The notes under the pieces: generated by a model
What the model was told of the DNA's origin: nothing
The model's input: only the letters and a program-made list of their open reading frames with translations
The model's database searches: none
Shown here: one piece after another, positions 27,274 to 36,518 of the stretch
How the letters are laid out: every line of letters begins with the position of its first letter
How positions within the stretch are numbered: position 1 is the stretch's first letter
Assembly (NCBI GenBank): GCA_049671145.1
Contig: JBATUM010000088.1
Location: forward strand, 13,801 to 77,800
DNA from: Promethearchaeia archaeon
Lineage (GTDB): Archaea; Asgardarchaeota; Lokiarchaeia; Sigyniarchaeales; SOKP01
Direction: 5' to 3'
DNA length: 64,000 nt
Translations under genes and position numbers: made by a program

Positions 27274-28392
27274 TTGAAAATTGAAAAAGGTTGGGATTTT
27301 AACACGAATGAACAATTACTAGGAGTAGTTCTAGGAACTCTAACCGAAAGTAGCAAAAAACAAATTATTACATATACTAAATCTGGAAAAATCCTAATAT
27401 TCTCATTAAATGGGAAACTATTGTTTAAAGATGAGATAACACAAAATACGCCAATTTGGAAAGCACTATTATATGATATAGATAATGATGGTAAAGAAGA
27501 ATTACTTCTAGGTGGAATGGATGGACTTTTAAGAGCATTTAAATATAATAATGAATTTGAGTTAGAACCTTATTGGACCCATAGATTTGGATCCTCAATT
27601 GGGGGAATTTTAGTAGATGATCTTAATAATAACGGAAGTAATGAAATTATCTCCTATTCTCTTGATAAGAGCCTAAGAATCCTAAACCCATTAGATGGTT
27701 CTTTAATATGGGGACAAATTTTTGAAGAAGGCATTGGTGATGCGCTAATATGGAAAAACTCAGTAGATTCCGATAAGATTGAAATCATTGCTTGTAGTAA
27801 TGATGGCACAATAAGAAGTTTTGATAATAAATGTGGAGAACTACTCTGGTTTAAACGATTTTCTGATAAAGTTAGGTGTTTATCATATATGCATTCATAT
27901 CAACATGATTATATTGTATGTGGAGGAGATGATAAAAAAGTACATATTATTGATAAAGAAGAAAAAGAAGAAATTAAAACAATCGAAACAGATGATATTA
28001 TTTGGAAATGCCTATCATTTCCTCCACAACGACTTAATAGTTTATTAGTAAGTTCCTATTCTTTTGAATTTTTAGATAAATCAACCCCAATTAAAGATAT
28101 AAAATTCACTTCAAAAGTAATGTGCTTCAATGAGAATTTTGGTGTAAAGTGGGAGTATAAAAATGTAAATACTGAAATTCTCAGCTATATTAAAACGTTT
28201 GAAAACAAGTGCATCGTGATTGGAACAACACGTGGTTATTTAATGCTATTAGATGAAGTCAATGGTAAATTATTAGCTCAAATTAATAATCCTTCTTGTT
28301 TAAATGGTTTTGGCTTTGATACTGATTCAAAGATATTAATAACTTGCCATGATGATGGATATATTTATGCTTTTATTCTTGATAAAAAGTAA
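27274..28392 (+). CDS. Beta-propeller repeat protein (FG-GAP/PQQ-like blades)
   Basis: 372 aa, TTG start. Recurring blade motifs: YDIDNDGKEELLLGGMDGLLRAF, DDLNNNGSNEIISYSLDKSLRILNPLDGSLIW, IIACSNDGTIRSFDNKCGELLW, IVCGGDDKKVHII, ITCHDDGYIYAF. Confidence 0.55.
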   Translation: MKIEKGWDFNTNEQLLGVVLGTLTESSKKQIITYTKSGKILIFSLNGKLLFKDEITQNTPIWKALLYDIDNDGKEELLLGGMDGLLRAFKYNNEFELEPYWTHRFGSSIGGILVDDLNNNGSNEIISYSLDKSLRILNPLDGSLIWGQIFEEGIGDALIWKNSVDSDKIEIIACSNDGTIRSFDNKCGELLWFKRFSDKVRCLSYMHSYQHDYIVCGGDDKKVHIIDKEEKEEIKTIETDDIIWKCLSFPPQRLNSLLVSSYSFEFLDKSTPIKDIKFTSKVMCFNENFGVKWEYKNVNTEILSYIKTFENKCIVIGTTRGYLMLLDEVNGKLLAQINNPSCLNGFGFDTDSKILITCHDDGYIYAFILDKK

Positions 28393-28491
28393 TTATCTTT
28401 TTGATTCACTATTGAAAAATTTAAATATGGATATGGCAAAATTACAAATAAAAGTAATATAAAAAAAATAAAGAATTTTTAGTTGTTCTCT

Positions 28492-28815
28492 CTAACCTTC
28501 TGAAGATTCTTCTTCCTCGGCAGCTAGTTCTTCTTCCAACTCTTCGAGTGGAACAGGTGCAGGAGTGGTGAGCATACTATACCCTATCCATATAGCGATA
28601 ATACAAATTAATATTACAATCAACCACATTGGTAAAACAACGAATGCTTCATAATCTAGCCAATCAACACCAAAGAATCGAAAAGCTAGATCCCAGTTTG
28701 GATTGTTAAGCAATTTATCAAATATGAGATCAACGAGGGACCCCATTGTATAGATAATAGCAATTAAAATTCCTAAAATTGCTACAATAGCACCAATAAT
28801 TTTATCTTTTGCCAT
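28492..28815 (-). CDS. Small membrane protein with acidic C-terminal tail
   Basis: 107 aa, two TM helices, C-terminus LEELEEELAAEEEESSEG. Confidence 0.5.
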   Translation of the reverse strand: MAKDKIIGAIVAILGILIAIIYTMGSLVDLIFDKLLNNPNWDLAFRFFGVDWLDYEAFVVLPMWLIVILICIIAIWIGYSMLTTPAPVPLEELEEELAAEEEESSEG

Positions 28816-28989
28816 TATTTTTCACTTTTTAGTATACAATTAGTTTCTTATTATAATAAGCAACTTAGTTATTGTTAATATTATTTTTTAAAATAATATT
28901 AAATTAAAACCATTCGATAGGATACAAATGATTTTAATGGTGATGATCCACAATTAGTAAATAACATCTAAAAAAATAGATGTAGGATT

Positions 28990-29958
28990 ATGATCAACGT
29001 AAAAAATTATGTCATTATTATCGGTTCGAGTAATATGGACTTAAATATTTATTCAGAAAGGCTACCAAAACCAGGTGAAACTGTTACAGGCGGAATATTT
29101 AAGCAATTTTTAGGAGGAAAGGGAGCTAATCAATCAGTTGCATCCGTACGTTCCGGTTCAGACACATTTTTTATCGCGAAAATTGGGAGAGATGCTTTTG
29201 GTGATCAAATGATCTCACAATTAAGAAATGAGGGTATTAATATAGACTATATAATTAGGGATCCAAATGAACCAAGTGGAATTGCTTTTATAATGATTGA
29301 TAAAAATGGTGAAAACATTATAAATGTCGCTCCTGGAGCAAATGTTAAATTGAAGCCTAAGGATATTGAAAAGCATGCAGATTTAATTAAAAATGCAAAT
29401 TCATTACTAGTACAGATGGAAATTTCAATTGAGACTATCAATAAAATTTTCTCTATTGCTTCCAAAGGAAATGTAATCAAAATTCTTAATCCTGCTCCTT
29501 TAAAACTAATTCCAGTTGATATTTTAAAAAATGTTGATATTATCATCCCAAATGAGGGAGAATTAATTCGATTGTATTCATTATTGGGATTTAAGGAATT
29601 AAAAATTAGAGGATATAAGGAGATGATTAAAATTTCAAAGGATCTTACTCGTTTAGGAGTCAAAGACGTGATTACTACTTTAGGAAATAAAGGATCATTA
29701 ATATACCAATCTGAATTAGATAAAACTATTAAAATTCCTGCAATAAAAGTTCATGCTATTGATACAGTTGGAGCAGGTGATTGTTTTAATGGAGTTTTAG
29801 CTAGCAAATTAAATCAAGGAGAAGATTTAATAACAAGTGTTAAATATGCTACTTCGGCAGCTTCTATAGCTGTAACTCGCAGAGGAGCGCAAGCATCAAT
29901 ACCTTATCTCCATGAAATTGAAGAAAAATATAAAGAATATAATAAATTATTTAATTAG
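28990..29958 (+). CDS. rbsK: Ribokinase
   Basis: 322 aa. IIIGSSNMDL..., PKPGETVTG..F....GGKGANQSVA, NEGE and DTVGAGDCFNG (PfkB signature). Confidence 0.85.
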   Translation: MINVKNYVIIIGSSNMDLNIYSERLPKPGETVTGGIFKQFLGGKGANQSVASVRSGSDTFFIAKIGRDAFGDQMISQLRNEGINIDYIIRDPNEPSGIAFIMIDKNGENIINVAPGANVKLKPKDIEKHADLIKNANSLLVQMEISIETINKIFSIASKGNVIKILNPAPLKLIPVDILKNVDIIIPNEGELIRLYSLLGFKELKIRGYKEMIKISKDLTRLGVKDVITTLGNKGSLIYQSELDKTIKIPAIKVHAIDTVGAGDCFNGVLASKLNQGEDLITSVKYATSAASIAVTRRGAQASIPYLHEIEEKYKEYNKLFN

Positions 29959-29970
29959 AGGTATTTTTCT

Positions 29971-30645
29971 ATGATGCATGAATATTTGCCTCCTAAAAGA
30001 GGGACTTTTCTAAGGAAAAATGGTTCAAACGAATTAATAATTTCCATTAATAATAATGAGCTTGATGATATATTCCTCATAAATGGAACTTCTTTTATTA
30101 CCAATAAATTATCTACTAAAGATTTGATTATTGCTCCCAATAAATATTATATGATAATAAATGATGGTAAGAAGAAAATTCAAATTAAATATAGCCAGGA
30201 TAGTTCTATTCATGATATAATTTACAATCCATATAAATATGAATATTCTAAAAAAGTAGATTTTGACCCAGAAATATTTAAAACAGTATATAATATTCCT
30301 GATGGTTTTATTGATGTGCTGCCAAAGTGGTACAGTATAAAATTCACATATCCCGATTATAACTTAATATATATTAAACCAGAGATGGGAATTTCTATTC
30401 AAGTTCATCACCTCAGGAGTGAGACTTGGGAAATTATAGAAGGAAAACCTGTTATTATTAATGGTAATAAAGTTTTTTATTTTGTTGAGAATGGCACTTA
30501 TTTCGAAAATTCAATTAATACGTTTCATTCAGTGATAAACCCAAATATTGATCCCGAAAACTTCGTGTTAATTAAAGAAAAATGGAAAGGAAAATTTGAC
30601 GAAGAGGACATAGAAAGGGTATATAATCCTAACAGGTATTATTAA
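29971..30645 (+). CDS. Cupin-domain protein (type II phosphomannose-isomerase-like C-terminal barrel)
   Basis: 224 aa. The C-terminal ISIQVHHLRSETWEIIEGKPVIINGNKVFYF.ENGTYFENSINTFHSVINP fits the cupin_2 pattern (Q.H..R.E.W....G ... H...N). Confidence 0.45.
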   Translation: MMHEYLPPKRGTFLRKNGSNELIISINNNELDDIFLINGTSFITNKLSTKDLIIAPNKYYMIINDGKKKIQIKYSQDSSIHDIIYNPYKYEYSKKVDFDPEIFKTVYNIPDGFIDVLPKWYSIKFTYPDYNLIYIKPEMGISIQVHHLRSETWEIIEGKPVIINGNKVFYFVENGTYFENSINTFHSVINPNIDPENFVLIKEKWKGKFDEEDIERVYNPNRYY

Positions 30646-30877
30646 TTATTATCAAAAGTTGAAAAATAACTACCAAATCCCTCGATAAAATTAGTGTATT
30701 AAAGATCTTATAGACTTTCATCAAATTTGTATTATAACCTTTTAAATTTTATGTTTTTCAGTTCTCTTGTTTTAATAAAATTAAAATTTAATAGATAACT
30801 AATAACCTTACATGTCAAAATAATTAAGTAAATAATAAACAATAAACATTAAACGGAACAAATAGATTGGTGGAAAA

Positions 30878-31414
30878 ATGGCTCCGAATGAGGAACTTGA
30901 CAAAGAAGATCAAGAAGATATAGAAGAAGAAGAATCTCTTGAGGAAATAGAAGAAGAAGTTGAAGAAGAAATAGAAGAGGAAGAAGGTTTAGATATCGAA
31001 AAAGAGCGTGATAGATTACGTTTTCATTATCGTGGTCATACTTTAGATGATTTAAAAAAGATGAATATGGATCAGTTATTACAATTATTACCTGCAAGAG
31101 CTAGAAGAAGCTTAAGAAGAGGACTGCCTCCGAGACAAAAAAAAGTTATTGAAAGGCTAAGAAGAGCGTATAGAGCAAAAAAAAGAGGTAAAGATTTAAT
31201 TGTGAGAACACATATACGAGATTTGGTAATTTTCCCAGAATTTGTGGGGCTTAAGGTTGGAATTTACAACGGAAGAAATTTTGATATTGTAGAAATACGA
31301 CCTGAGATGATTGGCCATTATTTAGGCGAATTTGCCCTTACAAGAAAGAGGGTACAACATGGTTCTCCTGGCATCGGAGCAACACGCTCAAGTAAATATG
31401 TTCCCCTAAAGTAA
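30878..31414 (+). CDS. rps19: Ribosomal protein uS19 (S15e-type) with ~45-aa acidic N-terminal extension
   Basis: The C-terminal ~130 aa carry uS19 motifs FHYRGHTLDDL, LPARARRSLRRG, THIRDLVIFPEFVG and GHYLGEFALTRKRVQHGSPGIGATRSS. No alternative start codon lies between the ATG at 30878 and the conserved FHYRG, so the Glu/Asp-rich leader appears to be translated. GGTGG lies 6 nt upstream. Confidence 0.9.
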   Translation: MAPNEELDKEDQEDIEEEESLEEIEEEVEEEIEEEEGLDIEKERDRLRFHYRGHTLDDLKKMNMDQLLQLLPARARRSLRRGLPPRQKKVIERLRRAYRAKKRGKDLIVRTHIRDLVIFPEFVGLKVGIYNGRNFDIVEIRPEMIGHYLGEFALTRKRVQHGSPGIGATRSSKYVPLK

Positions 31415-31438
31415 TGTTAAATATTAATATAAAATGAG

Positions 31439-31927
31439 ATGATTATAATGCCTACCTGGGGTTATTCATTTATTGAACAGAAATATGATGCAGAAAGATT
31501 AGCAAAAGCATCTGGAAGAGATTTAAGAATTAAGCCAAAACACGCAAGAGAAATTTGCGCTGTAATAAAGGGTATGAATCTTGAAAAAGCTAAATCATAT
31601 TTAGAAAAGGTTATTCAGTTAAAACAATCAATACCATTCAGAAGACATAAAAAAAAGCAAGCACATCGAAAAGATTTAAAACAATTTAAATGGTATGCGG
31701 GTAGATATCCCCAAAAAGCAACTGCTAGAATTTATGAATTGTTATCTGCTGCTGAGTCGAACGCAGAGTATAAAGGATTAGATACTGAATCATGTAGAAT
31801 AATCCATGCAGCAGCTCATCGAGGAAGAGTCATCAAACGATTTATCCATCGTGCCCATGGAAGATCTACACCAAAGTATAGGCACTTAAGTCATGTTGAA
31901 ATTGTAGTATATGAATTTCCAAGTTAG
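31439..31927 (+). CDS. rpl22: Ribosomal protein uL22
   Basis: 162 aa. ASGRDLRIKPKHAREICAVIKGMNLEKAKSYLEKV and the C-terminal HVEIVV. Conserved operon position after uS19. Confidence 0.9.
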   Translation: MIIMPTWGYSFIEQKYDAERLAKASGRDLRIKPKHAREICAVIKGMNLEKAKSYLEKVIQLKQSIPFRRHKKKQAHRKDLKQFKWYAGRYPQKATARIYELLSAAESNAEYKGLDTESCRIIHAAAHRGRVIKRFIHRAHGRSTPKYRHLSHVEIVVYEFPS

Positions 31928-31959
31928 GTAAAAAACAAGAAAAGAAAGGAGAATAAAAA

Positions 31960-32736
31960 ATGCCACTAGCTAAACATTTTATTGAACAAGGAATAAAATT
32001 AATGCAAATAAATGAATATCTCAGATCTGAGTTAGTACGTGCCGGATTTGCAGGTATTGAAATTCAGAAGACCCCTTTAGGCGTTAGAATAACACTAAAA
32101 ACCTCGCGCCCTGGTTTGGTAATTGGTAAAGGAGGAAAAAGGATTCAAGAGATTACTGACACTTTACAGGAGCGTTACGGACTTGAAATGCCTCAGATTG
32201 AGGTAGAGGAGGTCGCAAATCCAGACCTAGATTCCCAAATAATGGCTGAGAGATTAGCATATAGTCTTGATAGAGGTAGACATTATCGCAGGGCAGGTTA
32301 TTATATACTGAGGAAAGTAATGGATGCGGGTGCTCGAGGAGTAGAAATTCGTATATCTGGAAAAGTAACTTCGCAAAGAGCTAGGTGTCAAATATTTAGA
32401 GCAGGCACAATGACAAAATCTGGCCAACCAGCAGAAGAAGGAGTAGATAAAGGTGTTGCCCAATGTATTCAGAAGAGCGGTGTTCTTGGGATTATTGTTA
32501 AAGTAATGAGAGCTGACACAAAGATGGGAGATGATATAAAAATTAATGAAGATGAGTTAGCAAAAGCACAGATAAAAGCAAAAGCAAAAGCAAAGAAAAC
32601 CAGAGCAGAGAAAATTGCAGAAGAATATGGAATTGTCGAGGAAGAAGCAGCTTTATCTGAAGAAGATAAAGATTTGCTTGATGATGTTGACGAAGAAGAT
32701 ATTTCAGAAGTATCGATTGAATCTGGTAAAGAATAA
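31960..32736 (+). CDS. rps3: Ribosomal protein uS3 with Lys/Ala then acidic C-terminal tail
   Basis: 258 aa. KH-domain motif RPGLVIGKGGKRIQEIT, RRAGYYILRKVMDAGARGVEIRISGK. The tail is AKAKAKKTRAEK...EEDKDLLDDVDEEDISE. Confidence 0.9.
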   Translation: MPLAKHFIEQGIKLMQINEYLRSELVRAGFAGIEIQKTPLGVRITLKTSRPGLVIGKGGKRIQEITDTLQERYGLEMPQIEVEEVANPDLDSQIMAERLAYSLDRGRHYRRAGYYILRKVMDAGARGVEIRISGKVTSQRARCQIFRAGTMTKSGQPAEEGVDKGVAQCIQKSGVLGIIVKVMRADTKMGDDIKINEDELAKAQIKAKAKAKKTRAEKIAEEYGIVEEEAALSEEDKDLLDDVDEEDISEVSIESGKE

Positions 32737-32770
32737 AACATTAAAAATTTAAAGAATAAGTGAAAAAGTA

Positions 32771-32986
32771 ATGCCAGAAATAATAACAGCAGAAAAAGTT
32801 CGAGAAATGGATGAGAGAGAAAGAGAAAGAACATTGATTACGTTAAGAGAGGAATTGATGATGTTATATAGTCAACAGACTGGTGGTGGTATTGCTGATA
32901 ATCCTGCAAAGGCTAAACTTCTGAGAAAACAAATTGCTAGAATTCTCACAGTTAAAAACGAAGAAAAGTTAAAGGAGAACGAATGA
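32771..32986 (+). CDS. rpl29: Ribosomal protein uL29
   Basis: 71 aa. LREELMMLYSQQTGG...NPAKAKLLRKQIARILTV. Operon position after uS3. Confidence 0.85.
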   Translation: MPEIITAEKVREMDERERERTLITLREELMMLYSQQTGGGIADNPAKAKLLRKQIARILTVKNEEKLKENE

Positions 32987-33276
32987 TTAGTCCAAAGTAC
33001 TTAATATATCATGATTTAATAGGATTTCAAATATATGCAAAACTGAAATCAGAATTAGGTAGTAGAGGTTTCTCTTATATTGGTGTTGTTATAGATGAAA
33101 CGTATAATTTGTTAATAACCGAAAAAGAAAATAAAGTTAAAAAGTATATTAAAAAAGATCATATTTTCAGGTTAAAGCTAAATGAAGATTTATTGGAAGT
33201 TGATGGATCAAAAATTATTGGAATTCCTGAAAATAGGTTGAGAAGGTTAAAAAAGAAAAAGTGGATGAAAACATAA
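32983..33276 (+). CDS. rnp1: RNase P protein component 1 (Rpp29/Pop4)
   Basis: 97 aa. LIGFQIYAK......YIGVVIDETYNLLITEKENKVKKYIKKDHIF and VDGSKIIGIPENRL. ATGA overlap with uL29, which is the canonical archaeal position. Confidence 0.8.
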   Translation: MISPKYLIYHDLIGFQIYAKLKSELGSRGFSYIGVVIDETYNLLITEKENKVKKYIKKDHIFRLKLNEDLLEVDGSKIIGIPENRLRRLKKKKWMKT

Positions 33277-33277
33277 A

Positions 33278-33628
33278 ATGAGTATTCGAAATATTGGTAT
33301 TCCAGGAGTGTCCCCTCCAAAGGCAAAGGAATGTGATGATAAGGATTGTCCATTTCATGGAACAACAAGAATAAGAGGTAAAATCACTAGTGGTGTAGTA
33401 GTGAGCAAAAAATCCCGGAATACAGTTATAATTAGACGAAATTATGTTCAATTTATTAAAAAATATCAAAGGTATGAAAGGCGTAACACACGCCTTGCAT
33501 GCCATTTACCAGATTGCTTAAGAAATGAGATAAATTTAGGAGATTTAATAAGAGTAGGCGAAAGCAGAAAACTTTCCAAGACGAAAGCATTTATAGTATT
33601 AGAAAAAATATCAAGTGAGGAGATTTAG
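33278..33628 (+). CDS. rps17: Ribosomal protein uS17
   Basis: 116 aa. CDDKDCPFHGTTRIRGKITSGVVVSKKSRNTVII and GDLIRVGESRKLSKTKAF. Confidence 0.9.
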   Translation: MSIRNIGIPGVSPPKAKECDDKDCPFHGTTRIRGKITSGVVVSKKSRNTVIIRRNYVQFIKKYQRYERRNTRLACHLPDCLRNEINLGDLIRVGESRKLSKTKAFIVLEKISSEEI

Positions 33629-34054
33629 ATGGGAACAAGAAGAAAGTTGGGACGTAAAATGCTGGCTAAACCTCGGACAAGCTATGGTTTGCAAAACGGT
33701 TCTAGATTATTCATTGCAGATAATTCTGGAGCAAAAATTGCCCAGATTATTAATGTAGATCACATGAAAACAAGGATGAGCCGATTGCCTAAAGCAACTG
33801 TAGGTTCGGTTTGTTCAGTAACCATCAAAAAAGGTCGTCCTGAAATGCGTGGAAATATAATGAAAGCAGTTATAGTAAGACAAAAGATGATCTTTAAAAG
33901 AATAGATGGAACACGCTTATGTTTTGAGGATAATGCTGGAGTAATAATAAGTAAAGAAGGAGATCCTAAAGGAACAGAAATTAGAGGTCCAATTGCGAGA
34001 GAGGCTGCTGAATTATTTCCTAGGTTAGCATCAATATCCTCTCTAATAATATAA
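33629..34054 (+). CDS. rpl14: Ribosomal protein uL14
   Basis: 141 aa. LFIADNSGAK, GSVCSVTIKKGRPEMRG, AVIVRQK, FEDNAGVII, GTEIRGPIARE. Confidence 0.9.
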   Translation: MGTRRKLGRKMLAKPRTSYGLQNGSRLFIADNSGAKIAQIINVDHMKTRMSRLPKATVGSVCSVTIKKGRPEMRGNIMKAVIVRQKMIFKRIDGTRLCFEDNAGVIISKEGDPKGTEIRGPIAREAAELFPRLASISSLII

Positions 34055-34078
34055 AAGTTAATAGGAAGTGTTGAAATT

Positions 34079-34513
34079 ATGAGAGTTGCATCAAAAAAGC
34101 CCGGAAAACAAAGGAAAGCATTATTTAATTATAAAAATCACCAAAGATCAAATTTAATATCAACCAGAATTGCAGATTTTCTTAGAGAGGAGTATGGAAT
34201 TAAAAAACTTCCGCTAAGAGTCGGTGATCAAGTTCGTGTTTGTAAAGGGGAATTTAAGGACTTCGAAGGGGAAGTTCTTGAAATAACTAAAAATCAAAGA
34301 GCAAAAATTAAAGAGTGCAAATTCGAAAAAGCAGATGGTACTGACTTTAATCCATCTATTCATATTTCAAATTTAGTGATTACAAAATTTGGTAAAGAAA
34401 AGAAACTAGATCCTTGGAGAGCTAACATGATTGAAAGAAAAGCTTTATATGTATTTGGTGAAGAAGAATTAACTGCCCCAAAAAAATTCAAAGAGGAGGA
34501 TGAGATAAAATGA
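34079..34513 (+). CDS. rpl24: Ribosomal protein uL24 (L26e-type)
   Basis: 144 aa. KQRKALFN, KOW motif LRVGDQVRVCKGEFKDFEGEVLEI. Confidence 0.9.
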   Translation: MRVASKKPGKQRKALFNYKNHQRSNLISTRIADFLREEYGIKKLPLRVGDQVRVCKGEFKDFEGEVLEITKNQRAKIKECKFEKADGTDFNPSIHISNLVITKFGKEKKLDPWRANMIERKALYVFGEEELTAPKKFKEEDEIK

Positions 34514-35265
34514 CTCGCCACGGTGGTATGAAAGTATTAAAAAGATTAAATACTCCAAGATTCTTGCAAATTAAAAGAAAACATGGTAAATTCTTCGTAA
34601 AATCATCACCTGGTCCTCATCCAAATCGATTTTGTTTACCCTTACTACATATTGTAAGAGACCTTCTTAAAATTGTTGATTTTCATAGAGAAGCAAAAAA
34701 ATTGATTGTTTTAGGGCATTTTAAAGTAGATGGAAAAATCATAACGGATAAATCTTTTCCTGTAGGGTTAATGGATGTATTAACTATTGAAAAGATGAAT
34801 CAACATTATCGAATTCTTCCAGATTCTCATTATGGTTTAATATTACATGAAATCTCAGAGGAAGAGAGTCAATACAAATTGTGTAGGATTAATCAAAAAA
34901 CAACACTTAAGGGAGGCAATATTCAATTGAACTTACATGATGGAAGAAATATAGTTATTCAGGTGAAAGATCCCCAAAATCCTAAAGAAGATATATATAA
35001 AAGAATGGATGTTCTAAAAATTACAGTCCCAGAACAAGAAATTGAGAAAGTCTTAAGATTTAAAGAAGGAAATCTAGCTGTTATTATGTCTGGGAAAAAT
35101 ATTGGGCAGGTTGGAAAAATTATTAATATTTTAAAAAGATTTGGTCCTAAAGCAAGTACAGTATCAATTCAGCATAACTCTCAACATACTGAAACTTTAT
35201 ATGATTATACCTTTATTATAGGAGAAGATAATTCTGAAATTAGTTTACCTCAATTTGAAAGTTAA
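34510..35265 (+). CDS. rps4e: Ribosomal protein eS4
   Basis: 251 aa. GMKVLKRLNTPRF, GPHPNRFCLPL, VDGKIITDKSFPVGLMDVLTI, GKNIGQVGKI. Confidence 0.9.
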   Translation: MTRHGGMKVLKRLNTPRFLQIKRKHGKFFVKSSPGPHPNRFCLPLLHIVRDLLKIVDFHREAKKLIVLGHFKVDGKIITDKSFPVGLMDVLTIEKMNQHYRILPDSHYGLILHEISEEESQYKLCRINQKTTLKGGNIQLNLHDGRNIVIQVKDPQNPKEDIYKRMDVLKITVPEQEIEKVLRFKEGNLAVIMSGKNIGQVGKIINILKRFGPKASTVSIQHNSQHTETLYDYTFIIGEDNSEISLPQFES

Positions 35266-35277
35266 TAATAATAAGAA

Positions 35278-35883
35278 GTGATATTTAAGTTGTCAGTTAA
35301 AACTAAAAAAAAAACTACAAAAACACAAACAGAAGAATTTGAGAATTTATGGAAAAATGCTATGAAAAGACCCTTTCTTGAGAAAATAGTGTTAAATATT
35401 GGTGTTGGTGCTGGTGGTGAAGAATTAGAAAGAGCAGTAACCGTCTTAGAAACAATTTCCGGCAGAAAACCTATAAAAACCCTCTCAAAAAGAAATATAA
35501 AAGAATTTAATTTAAGAAAAGGACGCCCTATAGGGACTATGGTTACTATAAGAGGCATTGAGGCAGAGAAATTATTAAAAAGACTATTAATTGTAAACAA
35601 TAACAAAATTCTTCGTAGGAGTTTTGATAATTATGGTAATTTTGGTTTTGGAATAACTGAGCATATCTCTATACCAGGTATTGAATATGATAATTTAATA
35701 GGTATATGGGGTTTAGACGTTGTTGGAAGAATTATAAGACCTGGTATGAGAGTCAAATATCGAAGGAAGGCTCGAGCCAAAGTTCCAAAACATCATTATG
35801 TTTCTAGATTAGAAGCTCAATATTTTTTCGAAAAAAATTTTGGAGTGGATATTGTAGAACAATTGGATTTAGAATATATGTGA
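35278..35883 (+). CDS. rpl5: Ribosomal protein uL5
   Basis: 201 aa, GTG start. NAMKRPFLEKIVLNIGVG, GRKPIKTLSKRNIKEFNLRKGRPIG, FGFGITEHI. Confidence 0.9.
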   Translation: MIFKLSVKTKKKTTKTQTEEFENLWKNAMKRPFLEKIVLNIGVGAGGEELERAVTVLETISGRKPIKTLSKRNIKEFNLRKGRPIGTMVTIRGIEAEKLLKRLLIVNNNKILRRSFDNYGNFGFGITEHISIPGIEYDNLIGIWGLDVVGRIIRPGMRVKYRRKARAKVPKHHYVSRLEAQYFFEKNFGVDIVEQLDLEYM

Positions 35884-35910
35884 GTTAATAAAAGAAATTA
35901 ATAAAAAAAG

Positions 35911-36066
35911 ATGATTCAAGTGCCACAAGGTAAAATTGGCAAGGGACAAAGAAATTGCAGAAGATGTGGAACTCATAGAGGATTAATAAGAAGGTATGGT
36001 TTATATATTTGTAGACGATGTTTCTATGAAATAGGTAAAGATATTGGATTTCGACGGTATGATTAA
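35911..36066 (+). CDS. rps14: Ribosomal protein uS14 (zinc-ribbon, S29e-type), 51 aa
   Basis: Not in the ORF track because it is under 60 aa. ATG at 35911, TAA at 36064-36066. The translation MIQVPQGKIGKGQRNCRRCGTHRGLIRRYGLYICRRCFYEIGKDIGFRRYD has the CxxC...CxxC uS14 pattern. Canonical position between uL5 and uS8. The antisense track ORF 35885..36202 is rejected. Confidence 0.85.
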   Translation: MIQVPQGKIGKGQRNCRRCGTHRGLIRRYGLYICRRCFYEIGKDIGFRRYD

Positions 36067-36103
36067 CATGAACTTGATATAAATTTAAAAAATTTAAAAA
36101 AAG

Positions 36104-36496
36104 GTGGAAAAATTGGTAAATACACTCGCAGATGCGATGAATATGATGCGTAATGCAGAAAGAGCAAGAAAGAAAGAAGTAGTTATAAACCCAGCATCTC
36201 AATTAATACAAAAAATTCTTTTGCTTCTGCAAAAAAATGCTTATATTGGGGAATTCGAAAGATTTGATGATGGACGCCAAGGAAAATTTAGAGTTGCTTT
36301 ATTAGGGAGAATAAATGAAGCAAAGGGACTATTAAGACTGAATTATAAGGTTTCCCAATTTGAAATGATCGAAAGAAGACTATTACCAGCACCAGGTTTA
36401 GGATTAATAATTATGACTACTAATCAAGGCATAATGACAATGAAAGAAGCAGAAGAAAAAAATATAGGTGGCATGTCATTGTGTTATGTTTATTGA
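36104..36496 (+). CDS. rps8: Ribosomal protein uS8
   Basis: 130 aa, GTG start. LADAMNMMRNAERARKKEV, GLGLIIMTTNQGIMTMKEA. Confidence 0.9.
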   Translation: MEKLVNTLADAMNMMRNAERARKKEVVINPASQLIQKILLLLQKNAYIGEFERFDDGRQGKFRVALLGRINEAKGLLRLNYKVSQFEMIERRLLPAPGLGLIIMTTNQGIMTMKEAEEKNIGGMSLCYVY

Positions 36497-36518
36497 AAAT
36501 GTATAAAGGTAATTAATA

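Noticed and set aside
28940-28989. Possible C/D-box sRNA (GTGATGA at 28940-28946) and a 7-bp hairpin ACATCTA/TAGATGT (28964-28983) upstream of rbsK
   Set aside because: No downstream CTGA D box and no terminal stem were found. The hairpin is entirely A/T-rich apart from two pairs and sits in a normal 5' leader, so it is not distinguishable from chance.
32469-32834. 121-aa minus-strand ORF, together with the other antisense track ORFs (739..921, 3836..4057, 4680..4874, 6280..6534, 7810..8007, 9380..9640, 10173..10406, 14079..14327+, 15301..15495+, 18139..18402, 19574..19903+, 24655..25145, 29247..29663, 29955..30140, 30849..31097, 32254..32463, 33159..33505, 35262..35606, 38883..39089, 45117..45329, 45757..45951, 48493..48810, 49905..50087, 56495..56683, 56891..57082, 58371..58664, 59675..59881, 60147..60362, 60600..60920, 61126..61332)
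   Set aside because: Each is embedded in, or antisense to, a longer ORF with recognisable family motifs. Their translations are low-complexity (Ser/Phe/Leu/Ile-rich), typical of shadow ORFs in AT-rich DNA.
35885-36202. 105-aa minus-strand ORF in the r-protein operon
   Set aside because: It is antisense to the uS14 gene (35911-36066) and to the uS8 5' end, both of which have clear family signatures.
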